From Callorhinchus milii (lineage: Eukaryota), in the NCBI RefSeq assembly GCF_018977255.1, contig NW_024704743.1:3598001-3662000 (forward strand): DNA of 64,000 bases, given 5' to 3'. A program made the translations under genes and the position numbers. The notes beneath the pieces are model-generated. The model made no database searches, was not told where the DNA came from, and worked only from the letters and a program-made list of their open reading frames with translations. This document shows, piece by piece, positions 23,614 through 35,775 of this stretch. Numbering within the stretch: position 1 is the stretch's first letter; each line of letters starts with the position of its first letter.

Positions 23614-24364
23614 GGGTTCTGTTCGACCCTGAGCTGTCCTTTCTCCCTCATATCCGCGCCACAACTGGCACCGCCTTCCATCACCTCCGGAACATCGCCA
23701 GACTACGGCACTACCTCACCCCTCACGCGGCTGAAACTCTGGTCCACGCCTTTGTCACCTCAAGGCTGGACTATGGGAACTCTCTCCTCGTCGGCCTTCC
23801 CGCCACCTCCCTCCACACTGCAGGTCATTCAGAACTCTGCAGCTCATGTACTGTTCCGCACCAGACACCGCGACCACATCACTCCCACCCTCGCTCGCCT
23901 CCACTGGCTCCCCATCCCCCAGAGGATCGAATTCAAGATCCTCATCCTCACCTACAAGGCCATTCACGGCCTCGCTCCCTCCTACCTCTCTGACCTACTA
24001 TCCCCCCATGTACCTGCCCGTACCCTCCGTTCCTCTGGCTCCGATCTGCTCCACATCCCCCGCCCCAACCGCCCTACCATCGGTGGCCGGGCCTTCAGCC
24101 TCTCAGCCCCCAGGCTCTGGAACTCCATCCCCCAGTGCCTTCGCCGCCTCCTCCCTTTCCTCCTTCAAGGCCGGTCTCAAGACCTTTCTCTTTGACCGTG
24201 CCTTCAGCTCCCCTCTCGCCTCTCTACCCCTCCTCGCTCCCTCCCTTCCCTCCCCTCACCCTGACCATTTCCCCCAATGCTCGGGTCCTGACCCAACTGT
24301 ACAGCGCCTTGGGACGTCCTCCCGACGTGAAAGGCGCTCTATAAATGGAATCTTGTTGTTGTTG
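23614..24364 (+). mobile_element. Young 5'-truncated L2 LINE (ORF2 C-terminus and 3' UTR) with a 7-bp TSD
   Basis: VLFDPELSFLPHIR...LVHAFVTSRLDYGNSLL / LQVIQNSAAHVL...HITPTLARLHWLPIPQRIEFKIL...APRLWNSIP; tail stem-loop and (ttg)n; taaagcg at 23607-23613 and 24365-24371. Confidence 0.95.
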
Positions 24365-24766
24365 TAAAGCGCCTTTCATGTCAGGAGGATGTCCCACGGG
24401 TGGAATGCAATGCCCCGAAGGCTTCAGATGGAGAATCAATTGTGATTTTTGCAGAGAATTAGACTGGTATGTAAGTAGATTAAGAGAGTGTACTCTATTC
24501 CCTATATTTAGAACCTCTCCCTTGAAGCAGGGCCCATAAAAGTTTATGGAAAGCAAGTATGTTGAAAAGAAGAACAAGGTGAATTATAGGGTATGGTTCA
24601 CAGCAGGTTTGTGGGATTAGATTGGTTCATGTAGAGAAAAATCCCAAGTTTGGAATTATTATTACTCTCTATACACCTTTTTAGTGAAGGATTTTAACCA
24701 CTGGTAAAATTGCTTTACTGGCAGTTCTATTTACTTTGTTTGGGGAGTGGGGGGGGGAGGTCAGCC

Positions 24767-25190
24767 GGGTGTCTGACACGTGAGAACACCCATCACCGTT
24801 GCTTAAGAGGCTCCAAACCAAATTGAGATTTCCACGCATCCCACCGACACACGGATATTCCAGAGATATTTGTTGGAATGCACACGCTCTCCCTGGAGGG
24901 TATCAGGTGCAGGTTGGCAAGACCCCAGAGTGTGCATCCAACCAGCTAAAACCGCAGAGCCTGCCATCGAGAGCAATCCTTTAGCAAGTTTTCCCGCTGC
25001 TTGGCTGACGAGGACCACCCTACCTGTTAGGGCTTTGGCTTCCAGGGTTAACAGGAGCTGAGGGGGGGGGGAGGATTCCCCCAGTGACGGGTCTGCCCTT
25101 CCAAGCCCAGGTTGGGCTGTGTTGTCATCAGGAATACTGTGGACCCAGCTGGCTCAGGAACTGGATTAATGAGACTGCCACAGCGGGTGG
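24767..25190 (+). repeat. Unclassified dispersed repeat (family X)
   Basis: Collinear with the copies at 14925 and 10970. Confidence 0.8.
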
Positions 25191-26474
25191 GTTCGGTTCC
25201 GATTGTATTGACATTATTGCCACTGGGCTAACAAATTAAGTCAATAAATACGGTGCGACAAATGCTGGCGTTAGGATAATCCAACATTTTGATTTCAGGA
25301 CACCGCTAGATCTTGAAATGTTATTTCTAATTAAACACCGCCCACCCCCACCCCCCACCCCACTGATTGATTTATTATCTGATTGTTCTTTTTAAAGATA
25401 ATATATTCTTACGCAGATTTTATTTTCGACGAAGCAGGCCCTGGATTTCCTGCACGTTTTTTTGTAAAAGTCCCTGTGGAGGTAACGGACAAATCGTTAC
25501 ATCTCCGCAGCTCGCACAGATGAGGTTGAAAGGTGTGTTTGCAACTTTTGTCATACATCACAATATAGAGAGGAAAAGCTCCCCTAATTAAACCGCTGTG
25601 GAGTTTACATTATTGTTCCCTAAATGAGTTTGTCCTGATTAGCCAAGTGGATAGGATGAAAGATAAAGTTTAGCATTTCTTCTTGTTATCTCGGCTGCCT
25701 GAGATGCGAGTGGACCTAACAGTCTGGTTTTCTGAAGAGAATTCTGTTTAGGTTTCTTCTTAGAGCTGCAGCCTTAGCGAAGAAATTGTTGGATTATTTG
25801 CGATGACAGGTACTTTGACCTGACACTGGCAAATTCTAATGGGATCTGTGAGGGACAGACAAAACAGAACTCCAGAACCTTTGCAGATATATAACAGTGA
25901 TGCATACTTACATTTGAGAAACAGGAGATGAAAGAATCAGGAAACATTCGTGCAGCCAGCCGCTGAATAGATAAAAGTGCAAAAAATAGATAAAAACATC
26001 AAAGTTTCAAGACAGGAAAAATTGTGGGAAAAGGCCTTGAATGAAGATTGAATTTCCAAAATTCCTCACAATCTTGCATTTTAAGATAATGGTCTTAACG
26101 TGAAACTTCAGACGTAAAGGTCGGCAAATACGTAGCTTCATTTCAGCATCTGAAAGGGAAAGGGACTTTCATCTTATGGTTCTTGGAGAAAACATAGCCA
26201 AATGGGACCCATTGTCAGAATTACAGTGTCGGTATTAAAAGCAGAAACAATGCATATATCAGACAAAATGCCATTGAGCAATCCTACTAAGTTATCTATG
26301 GCAAAAGTAGAGGGATGAAGAGACAAAGATAAAAGTACTTCAAAGAAAGAACCTGCATCTTACAGTCTCATCGATTTGAAATGTCTCAAAGCACTTTACA
26401 GTAATTAATATGGATACGTAGTCTTAACCAAATGTTAAAACTGTATTTACCCAATGTTGCAAGTAGTTTTTTTT

Positions 26475-26825
26475 AATAATAATAATAATAATCCTTGCAT
26501 TTGATATAGGGACATCTCAAAGCACTTCACAGAATATACTGCAAAGTGAATTGACTGTGTATTTTGTGGACGAAACACGGCAGCCAATTGCGGACAGCAG
26601 AATCCCCAAAGGAGTCGTGGATTGAGTGACCAAAGTATTTTTTTTGAAGGGATGATTACTCCTGAAAGCGATCCACCAATTGACTAACAGTCAGGTTCCC
26701 ACTTACTGTTCGGTAAACAGAGGTGTGTGGAGTAAGGAAACTTGCCTGAAGTTTTGCGCTGCCCGAGCATCGAACCCAGGTCCTCTCGCTCGCTCGCGAG
26801 GCGAGTGCCCCAACCAATACGCCAC
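26475..26825 (-). mobile_element. Young SINE, long subfamily, full length but diverged
   Basis: All modules present on the minus strand. Confidence 0.9.
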
Positions 26826-27202
26826 GAAAAAGTTTTTTTTTAAAATGGACAAGGAATCTTTTGATGTTGCCACAAGAAAATTGGGTGAATGACCTCTTCT
26901 ATACCAAGATTTTTTTGCTATTGATTTTCTCAGTTGAATAACAAGCCACGAAATAGCAAGATAACAAAAATCTTGCACTGCTAAGCAATTATCTCTTGCG
27001 ATAAACAAGAACTTGCAAAGGGTCAGTCTATCCTGCTACTTCAACATAAAACAACCAAAGCATCCTGTTCCATTCGACGGAGATGGGCAAGATTGCCGCA
27101 TTTGATAAGACTTTAGTCCAACGTCACTTGCTTGTGGTTACGTGCTCTGTATCAAACAACGTTATGACTATGGTTAAATAATTTGCATCTGTGATATCAA
27201 TT

Positions 27203-27450
27203 TATAGGAACAGGACCGCACAAGACCAGAAACGCCCACTGAGCTGGACCACCACTTGGGTAGTCACAGGGTAAACATAACATAGACCACCGTGTCTCTC
27301 GGAACCCCTCCCAATCAAAATCTTTGCCAAGTATCGATCAGATTTTCTCTGGAATTTGCTGACACAATCTGCCTCGACCACCAGGTAGTCTATTCTACAT
27401 TCCCATGAACGTGGAGAGCCTCTAAATAAATACCCACAGGTTACCATTCA
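27203..27450 (-). mobile_element. Decayed CR1 3' end
   Basis: Peptide LVVEADCVSKFQRKSDRYL. Confidence 0.6.
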
Positions 27451-27549
27451 AATTGCTAATACTCCTTCCATTTGATATAGCAGCTCTCATGTTGGGAGGA
27501 TATCTCAAAGTATATATTTTTCTGTAAAGTATAGTACCCTAATATACAG

Positions 27550-27580
27550 TATAACTAACTAACTAACTAACTAACTAACT
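27550..27580. repeat. (TAAC)n microsatellite
   Basis: About 7 perfect units. Confidence 0.95.
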
Positions 27581-27964
27581 TCTCCCCAATTTTCATAAAG
27601 ATGTTCATCATAATGGAAAGCATTTTTTTTCTAATTGGCTGTTAAACAATCCCAGAATCCTGTTATCCTGACAGCCTCTCCAATTCTTAGGGTCTCCCAA
27701 ATTACGGCAGAAACTCTAAATTTTAAATAACTCAATTTGCACAAACAAATTAGATGTAATTAAGCATCTATTTTGTAAACCGCTTTACAGCACACATGCG
27801 CTCAAATAAATACCCATGGGATTGAAAACACTTATTCCGTAATCATTAAAGAATTCCTATTGAACCATGTTCCTGCCCAGCCATTTCCGATATGATCTAA
27901 TTTAACTAAGTGGCTGTAATCAAATGGTCTGTTTCAGTTAAAACATATTTGGACACCTAGAACC

Positions 27965-28350
27965 CTTTTGGGAGCCCATCCTAGCCCAACTCCACTGGCT
28001 CTCAACCCCAGCGTATCAAGTTCTATATCCGTGTCCTCACCTTTAAATCTCTCTGTGGTCTTGCCTCTGTGACCTTCTCAAACCCTACTAACTGGGCTGC
28101 TTCACATCCCCTGTCTCACCTGCCCTATCATTTGACTTTCAGTGTATCTGGTCCCACTCTCTAGAACTCCCCTTCCCCTGCCTCCTTCAAGCTATCAAGA
28201 CTTTCCTCTCTTTGACCTCGGTTACAACCGTCCTCCTCCTCCCTGGCCTTCCTACCCCCCACCCCACTCCCCACTAGAATGCAAATCCTAGACCATTCAA
28301 TGCCATGGAACAACTTCCAAATGCAAAAGGCACAATATGAATGTAAATTT
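27965..28350 (+). mobile_element. Decayed L2 3' portion
   Basis: ctccactggctctc...tatcaagttc (LHWL..RIKF-like) followed by an L2-like 3' UTR. Confidence 0.7.
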
Positions 28351-28577
28351 AGACATTTCTTGTATTTGTTTTGTTAGATTGTTAGATGAGGTACCTGCAT
28401 CACCAACCCATTCTTGTGATGAGCCGGTAGCTGTAAAATAGATTATCCTAAAAGTCTACAGTAGATTGAAGATCTGGTGGTGGCTTTTGGGTTGGCTCGA
28501 TGTGCGTCTTGGATAAATGTTTTGATTTGCGGAGTCAGCAATTTCAACAACATCGACTTACATTTTATATACCAACT

Positions 28578-29065
28578 GCAACAACAAAGTACATTTACAC
28601 AGCGCCTTTCATGTCAGGAGGACACCCCAAGGTGCTGGACAGTCAGGGATTTGGACCCAAGCAGGGGGTTGGGTTCAGGGGGTGTGGTGGGCAGGGAGGG
28701 TGGGGTAGGAGAGTGGCTGGAAACATGGTTGAAGAGGAGGGTCGTGAGACGTGCCTTGAAGGAGGCAAGAGAGGGAGGAAGTGCGAAGGAACTGTGGGAT
28801 AGAGCTCCAAGGAGGTGGGGGCAGAGAGACTGCTAAATGGAGGAAGCAGACAAGTTGATAAGCAGGTCACAGAGGCAGGAAGGAGTAAGTCCGTGGAGGG
28901 CCTTGAAGGCGAGGATGAGGATCTTGAACTCTATCCTCTGAGGGATGGGGAGCTAATGGAGCTGGGCGAGGGTGGGGGTGATAGAGTCATGGAGCCCTGG
29001 GGGTGGTGGGGGGGGCACGGGGAGAGGACACGAGCTGCAGAGTGTCTGGATAATATAGCTCCGTT
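28578..29065 (-). mobile_element. L2 3' portion
   Basis: Peptide IIQTLCSSC...HDSITPTLAQLH; tail gcgcctttcatgtcaggagg. Confidence 0.85.
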
Positions 29066-29869
29066 GATGCAGGGTAGAGTCTTGGAGCCCTGAACCTTCA
29101 TGCCAAGTTGGGGAAAGGGGAGATGTGACTGTAGGTACGGTCCATGCAGTCCTGCTCTTGGCAGAGCAGAAGGAAGTATACAACAAGACAAGAGCATGGC
29201 ACTAGCACTGATGTGTTGCAGCACGCATTTAGTATATTTCATCTACACACAAACTACTTGTGATCACACTGACGAGTGCAACAGACAAAACAGTGACAGA
29301 CAACACTGCAGATCTAATTTATGGCACATTGTCAGTCTACATCTCGCTTTTCTTGGCTAAAAATAATACGGGTTTAAGTAATAACAGCCGCTATTGATTG
29401 ACTGCTCAGTGTACAATATGGATTCGGGGAATTGTCGCCACTGCACACTTTGTGGACTGCTGTAAAGGTAGGTGTTGATGTGGTGGTCGGTTTGCACTTG
29501 TATTTTGATGGTTGGGCGGGGATGGTTGCAACCATAGTTGAATGACGGAAAGGGAGAGTCCTTGGAGGTCGACTCCCATGTGATCTAATAAAAAGTAGCG
29601 CACATTTCTCATAGCAATTCAATGGCACCAAATCTGCCAAAGTGGAGGCATTGACTCTGCGATAAGTCGCCTTTTTTTTTCCCCCCAACAAAGGTCGTGG
29701 CATCGGAGCCCTATTTGTACAAGACACCCTCCTGGCGTGACAGGTACGATATCAAATGCAAGGACTGTTAATAAGAATTAGCCTGAAGTCCCCTGATGAA
29801 GTAAAAATAATGGCGATTTCCCTCCTACTTTAGCACCCTTTAAAGTATGAATTTATTTCGAATACGATT

Positions 29870-30025
29870 CGAAATTCGGTTTTGATAGAGTAAATATAGG
29901 CCGAATTATTTCCATTGAATGTAAAGTCATTAAAAAGATGGTAACAAATTGAGCATTAGAAGAAAGAGTGCATTAGAAGAAATAATTTACACAGAGGGCT
30001 GTTAGAAATTGCCTGACCACAGATC

Positions 30026-30066
<41 letters not shown>

Positions 30067-30330
30067 CCTTGCATTCGGGCTAAGTCAGGAGGACATCCAA
30101 AAGTGCTTCACAGGATTTACTGTAAAGTGCAGTGACTATGAAGACGAACCGGGCAGCCCAATGTCCCACAAACAGCTGAGTCCTTAGCAATGTTTAAAAG
30201 GGAATTGAATAAATGTGTGCGGAAAAATATTAAAAGATATAGGGAAAGAGCAGATCGTTGCTGTATGAGAAATTAGCAGCAGCACAGACACAATGGGTTC
30301 AAATCACCTCTGTCTGTGCTGTAAAACATC
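29870..30330 (+). mobile_element. Decayed CR1 3' end interrupted by a SINE 3' part (-, ~30025-30175)
   Basis: tttacacagagggctgttagaaatt...tttaaaagggaattgaataaa...gcacagacacaatggg. Confidence 0.65.
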
Positions 30331-30614
30331 GATGGTTTCTCGATCTAAATCCAGTGCCAATCTCTCCAAATGCTCTCCCTTTGAGGTTGGTTACATAACC
30401 GGGGTCGCGTAGTCTCATGTCACCTGTTTCATCATTCACTAAACATTTACCATTTGGCTGCAGGGCAACTAATTTGCGGTACAGTGTTGGAGTCCGACCT
30501 CTTCTACCTCGATTTGAACAAAACTTAACCTAACCAAAAATGTATCAGCTCAAAACTCCACTGGAGTCAAAAATATGACTTGGGATTTGGTAAATCGCGG
30601 TATCGGGTGTCAAC

Positions 30615-30905
30615 ACGGCTCAGTTGGTACCACTCGCCCCTCTGAGTCAGAAGGTTGGCGGGGTAGGAGCCCCATGTTGGGGCTTTGAGCGCACATAGTC
30701 TAGAGTAGCTCTTTGGTGCAATGAATTGTGCTGCATTGTTGGAGACGTTGTCCTTCAGAAGAGTTTAGGCACAGTCATGTCCCACAGCCCTTCTTGTTCA
30801 AGTGTTTAACTGCTTGCACAAGGGGACGTTAAAGACCCCTTTGCAGTAACTCCTGCAAAGTGCTTTGAGATATCCCCCTGAAAGAAAGGCACCATTTCAA
30901 ATACG
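30615..30905 (+). mobile_element. Older DeuSINE copy
   Basis: ggctcagttggtaccactcgcccctctgagtcagaaggtt; ggacgttaaagacccc. Confidence 0.75.
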
Positions 30906-31251
30906 ACTCCAGTATTCTCCATTATTATGGGCGATGATCTTATCTTTATACTTTTTAGATTGCAACTTATTGAACAATGGGAATAGTTTCTCTTTATTCA
31001 TCTGATTAAAACCTCTCATAAGTACAAACGCACACCTCCATCAGGTTTCCTCTCAGCCTTCCTTGTTCCAATGCAAACTGTTCCAATTTATCCGGTCTCT
31101 TTCCATGAGTAAATCTCGAATAATTATCCCCCTGCCACAAACTGGTTCAATGTTCGGAGGTGACTTTTAGTGACAACTATCACATCCCATCCTGCATTTT
31201 TCACCCAAACATCCTAGTGCCTATTTAACACAAGAGGTAGCACAACTGTGA

Positions 31252-31452
31252 CAACAACAACTTGCACTTATAAAGGGTGGCGTCTCAGAGCGCTTAACAG
31301 TGGCGGAGCCTGACTCCGAGCCGGCGGTGGGGGTGGTGGGGGGGGGGCGGGGGTGGTTTGGGGTGGGGGTGGTGGCTGTAAACACGGTCGAAGAGGAAGC
31401 TTTTCAGGGGAGACTTGATAAAGGGGAGAGAGGGGGCAAGGCGGAGGGATTG
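31252..31452 (-). mobile_element. L2 3' end
   Basis: Peptide QSLRLAPSLPFIKSPLKSFLFDR and a (caa)n tail. Confidence 0.8.
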
Positions 31453-31974
31453 AGCATCTAAATATTTCACATGCACGGTAATTTCAAACAGGACGCCGTT
31501 GGCTCACAAAATGTTCTTGCATTACATCTCAATGAACGTACTTACAAAAAGTTCTTACAAAATGTTCTGCCATTCCATCAGGTTAAATGAAGTGTCCTCA
31601 GAAACAAAACAATTAAATTGGTTAAAAGCTTCATGTTGCCGGTAGTGGCTGTAAGTTTACTGTACTTCAGAACCATTAAGAAACTGGAACTGGAAGAAGG
31701 AATTAGTGAAATAAAGATGATTTAGTAAAACAGGCAGAGGTGACACAATTGTATTATTCTTAATGCGCCGTTTCTACGCAGAATACTTTCATTTCCACGT
31801 TACAGTTGCTTTAACTGAATAGTTGCAGATAGTAATAATCCTTAAATTTGCTTTAAATTGCTTTTTCATATCAGGAGGAAGGCACAAAGCACTTCACAGG
31901 ATTTACTGTAAAGCGTAGTGACTGTATTTGTCGAGGCGATCGCAGGAGCCAATTTGTGATGTGTTAGTTTCTCT

Positions 31975-32215
31975 TCACTCCCTGGCACCTTCCTACCTCA
32001 CTGACCTCCTCACCCCCCTAATCCACCACCTGGCGCCTCCACTCGACTGACACCGACCTCCTGCTCGTCTCTCGCACCCTCCGCTCCAACAACGGAGGTC
32101 GGGCATTCAGCGACTACGCCCCGAAACACTGGAACACTCTCCATCGATCTCTCCGCCTTGCCCCCCCTCTCTCCCCCTTTTCAAGTAACCTTCGGTCATG
32201 TTTGATCGCATCAAT
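31975..32215 (+). mobile_element. L2 ORF2 C-terminal fragment
   Basis: ctggcaccttcctacctcactgacctcctc...ggtcgggcattcagcgactacgccccgaaacactggaac (LAPSYLTDLL...GRAFS..AP..WN). Confidence 0.8.
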
Positions 32216-33541
32216 CCAGAAATTCCACCCGACTCTCCTCTCATCACAGCACCAAACTGTTTCTTCAATGAGTGCAGCATCAAGGTCTCAACTACCTTCC
32301 TGGCAACTATTCTAGTCATGAATGACCTTCTGTGTAAATAGATACCTCCTGGTGTCTGTCCTGAAGTTATCACTTATAACCATGAACCTGTGTCCTTTTG
32401 TCATGCTGCCTCTTTGTATTTAAATTCCATTTAGAATCATATACAGCTTGTAAGTTACTCAAAAGTGCTTTGAGAATCTGAGCGATGCGATAAGGCTCTG
32501 AATCTAACGTAAGGATGAATATTATGATTGTTATTATGAGATGACTTTTCAAGGCTAAAAACTCTAGCTTATCTAATAATTCCTCGTCGCTCATCCCTTT
32601 TACCGATGGGGACTCATCGAACTCAGACGACAAAAGAGGAGAAAGGACTGTGGGAGAAAATTAGACAACACTGGACCAGAATACAAATAATCATTTGGCA
32701 TTTGTACAGTTTTGTGAGTTTGCCTCTGAACGTGGCAAAGTCCATTATGTCGATCTGTTGACATTATGTCTTGTGACTTAATCAATTTTCTTCCAGAAAT
32801 AGCTACATAAGTCCCTCTTGAATTTGGTATCATAATCTGCCTCCGTCCCACATATTCACTCTTTAAGCAGCGTAATTAAATCTGAACCATCTGTTCACTT
32901 TCCCTCCTCGGAACTTAATGGTTTAGTTCTATTGCGATTTTAGTCACCACAGTTAAGAAGTTATTGCACGAGTGTATTACAGTCATGATAACCACAGAGA
33001 CATGTGACGTATCGCGTAAAATCCTCGAACAGCAGAATCTCACTGTCTTGTCGCTGGTAACAAGGCAGGGAATGAATTTGGCTCCGGTAGCAATGTATAG
33101 TGGCAAAAAGCTGAAATCAGAACCATATCAGGAATGTGTGATGGACCCTGAGGGCAAACAGATGCGATTCCCTACAGAGTGTGAAATAAAAGCAAAATTG
33201 TGTCCTTTATGGCTTGAGGATGATAGCTCCCTATAAGGGAACAAATGATCTGTGTAAATGCCATCAGTGCAGATGAACAGCTATATCCCAACTTGCTGAT
33301 CGTCATAGAATATTAATAATTACCATTCTGCTTTTAATTTAGCACTGAGAAATTACTTCTTTCTCATGGGTGACTTATGTATAATTACTGGGGTGGATCT
33401 TGTCAAAAAGGTACGTGGAGAATGTGGTGGTATTAGAGGCAATAAGTTCTACTATTTCACTCTTTTCAAAGTGATTATAATGGAGAAAAATCATGTTAAT
33501 TCATTACATGAATAACATAAGCTACTTCAAGCTAAACTCGT

Positions 33542-33836
33542 ATCATAGAAATATAACTTACAGCACAGAAATAGCCCATTTGCCCCGTCAAGTCTGTGCT
33601 GATGTATTTGTCCACATGAATCTTTTAAAATCACTCCCCTGCCTTTTGTTTCCTTTTAATTTCTTTTGTCTTCATGTCTTTTAATATTCCTCTTTTCCAA
33701 GCATCTATCCAAGTTTGCGGGGCTGTGGGGAGAGCGCGGGGGAGTGAGATTGGTTTGGATAGGTCTTTTAAAAGAGCCGGCACAGACACAGTGGGCCGAA
33801 CGGCCTCCTTCTGCGCTGTATAATTCTACGATTCTA
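33542..33836. mobile_element. Old CR1 3' end (-) adjoining a young CR1 3' end (+, ~33710-33836)
   Basis: gagccggcacagacacagtgggccgaacggcctccttctgcgctgtataattctacgattcta. Confidence 0.85.
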
Positions 33837-34621
33837 CTTTTGTGTAAAGTAGAAAAAAAATGTTTTTTCAAAAAAAAAAGAATGCTTTCAGTTTAACCTG
33901 AGGGACATATTCTAAACATCATCCATTGCAGTTCGTAATTACCTGCCTCTGGTGTAATCTTTTCCTGCACTCGGGCTGCTTTATTGGCCACTGTTAAAAA
34001 AATTACTGAGGAGTTTCGGCATTCGCTCTTCTGTCTCTCGCTACTTCCCGTGAAACATCATACTTAGTTCATGTTTTCTGGGGAAGGCAGATTTCTATCT
34101 CTCCCATTCCCCAAAGTAATGAACGTTCTGACACACTGAGGCAGAAACATCTGGCACAGGTTTTATTTGTGGCAGTTAATCAGCGCTGGACTATTATATG
34201 CCCTTAATTACTTCGCCAAGGGTAAGCTTAAAGAATTACAGTAATTATGTTGTGTCGTTCTTGGAAAAAAAACTGCAAGTAAGGGCTTCATTGTTGAGTC
34301 ATGCAATATTTTCCTTTCGCTGTCGCTACCAGTTCAAAAGGGTCACTAATTTGGCACGCACATGCAAGTGAGTGTCAGGCTTCAATCTGGTAGTATCAAG
34401 ATTGGAATATGCCAAGGATGTCTATTTATGAACCAAGATGTCAGAACTTTCACCCAACATATTACAGAGCACTCGTGGTGGACATGTTCGAATGTATCTG
34501 TCAGGAGTAATTGGAGATGTCTAGAGTACTCATCAGAAAAAGTCTGGATCATTGCACAAGGAACTGTGGAGCACTGGGGTTGGCCTTGGTTATCACCTGC
34601 AAAATTGTGGAACCTCTAATG

Positions 34622-34803
34622 GAAACCCGCTCCCTCCTCTCGACCGGCTCCGGTCTCCTGCCTATCACCTTGTGCCATCCTTTCCTCAATTGGTGGCCGT
34701 GCTTTCAGCCACTACGCCCTGAAACTCTGGAACGCTCTTCCTCGATCCCTCTGCCTTGCCCCCTCTTCAGGTTGCGCCTAAAGATCTTCCTCTTCGATCG
34801 TGC
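34622..34803 (+). mobile_element. L2 3' fragment
   Basis: ggtggccgtgctttcagccactacgccctgaaactctggaac. Confidence 0.75.
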
Positions 34804-34838
34804 CAAACCAATTACAATCACTGGGGTCTGATAACATT

Positions 34839-35058
34839 CATGTCTTGAGGCTTAAAATCATCGTCTTAAAATCTAAGGCTATGTGGAATTTTGGAAAATT
34901 GTTAAATTCAGCCTTAATTTAGAGGCTGATTTTCCACAGATCTGTTCGGGTAATGCAGAAGGTTAGCTTTCAAATTAAGGCTGAATTTAAGGATTTAAGA
35001 CATTTAAACCCACACAAATCTTACGTTTTAATAGAATGACCTTCGGCCTGAGAACCTG
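34839..35058. repeat. Palindromic (MITE-like) element
   Basis: Perfect 19-bp inverted repeat 34902-34920 / 34972-34990 with imperfect outer arms; arm-like copies at ~26050, ~39620 and ~49820. Confidence 0.75.
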
Positions 35059-35309
35059 AAGACTTTGAGATTTCTGGGGGCGACTTGCAAATGAAAACAG
35101 CCGTTCTTCCGAGTGTTGAATTTCAAATGTTTGCAATTGGTTATGTTTTGACTTTTCAAATTGGCAGCCGTTTCCATGCTGATAGTGGAATGCAGCTGAT
35201 AGTGATAGTGTCAAGCTGACACCTAATCTCGCAGGAACGTTTAGAAATTCAGCAAGGACAAAAATGGAACGTTTCAGCTTGGAATCATAAAGAAGCAACG
35301 ACATAACAA

Positions 35310-35775
35310 TAGTAATAATCCTTGCATTTGATGTAGCGCATTCCGCGTATCGGGAGGATATCTCAAAGCACTTCCCCCGGGAGTTTACTGCGAATTGTAG
35401 TGACTGTAGTTTTGTAGGTGAACACGGCCGGCAATTTGTGTGATTTGTGAACAAAGGCAAACATAACGTTCGATTTGCAGTCAGCCATGGCCCACAGACA
35501 GCTCGGAAATGAATGACCAATATTATCTGGGGATTATTGGCCAGAACATCAGGAGAAACTCCCTTCTTTTTTTCAAACACTGCCATAGGAGTCTTTATTT
35601 TCCAACTGAACAAGCAGACAGGACCTAGATTTTAAATTTCATGCAAAGGATAGAACTTCTAACACTGCACTCGAGTGTCCAGCCTATGCTACACTGTGAG
35701 TTTAATGTCCTGACATTGAGGGGGTTGAACCCACTACCTTCTGACTCAGAGGCGAGAGTGCTACCAATATGGCTT
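35310..35775 (-). mobile_element. Older DeuSINE, near full length
   Basis: Tail, Deu domain (ttggccagaacatcaggagaaactccc...tgccatagga) and head (gaacccactaccttctgactcagaggcgagagtgctacc). Confidence 0.85.

Noticed and set aside
23752..24367. 147-aa and 173-aa ORFs as host genes
   Set aside because: L2 ORF2 C-terminus and its alternative frame
34987..35613. Longest ORF (208 aa, minus strand)
   Set aside because: Reads through an old SINE and AT-rich DNA; no protein motif
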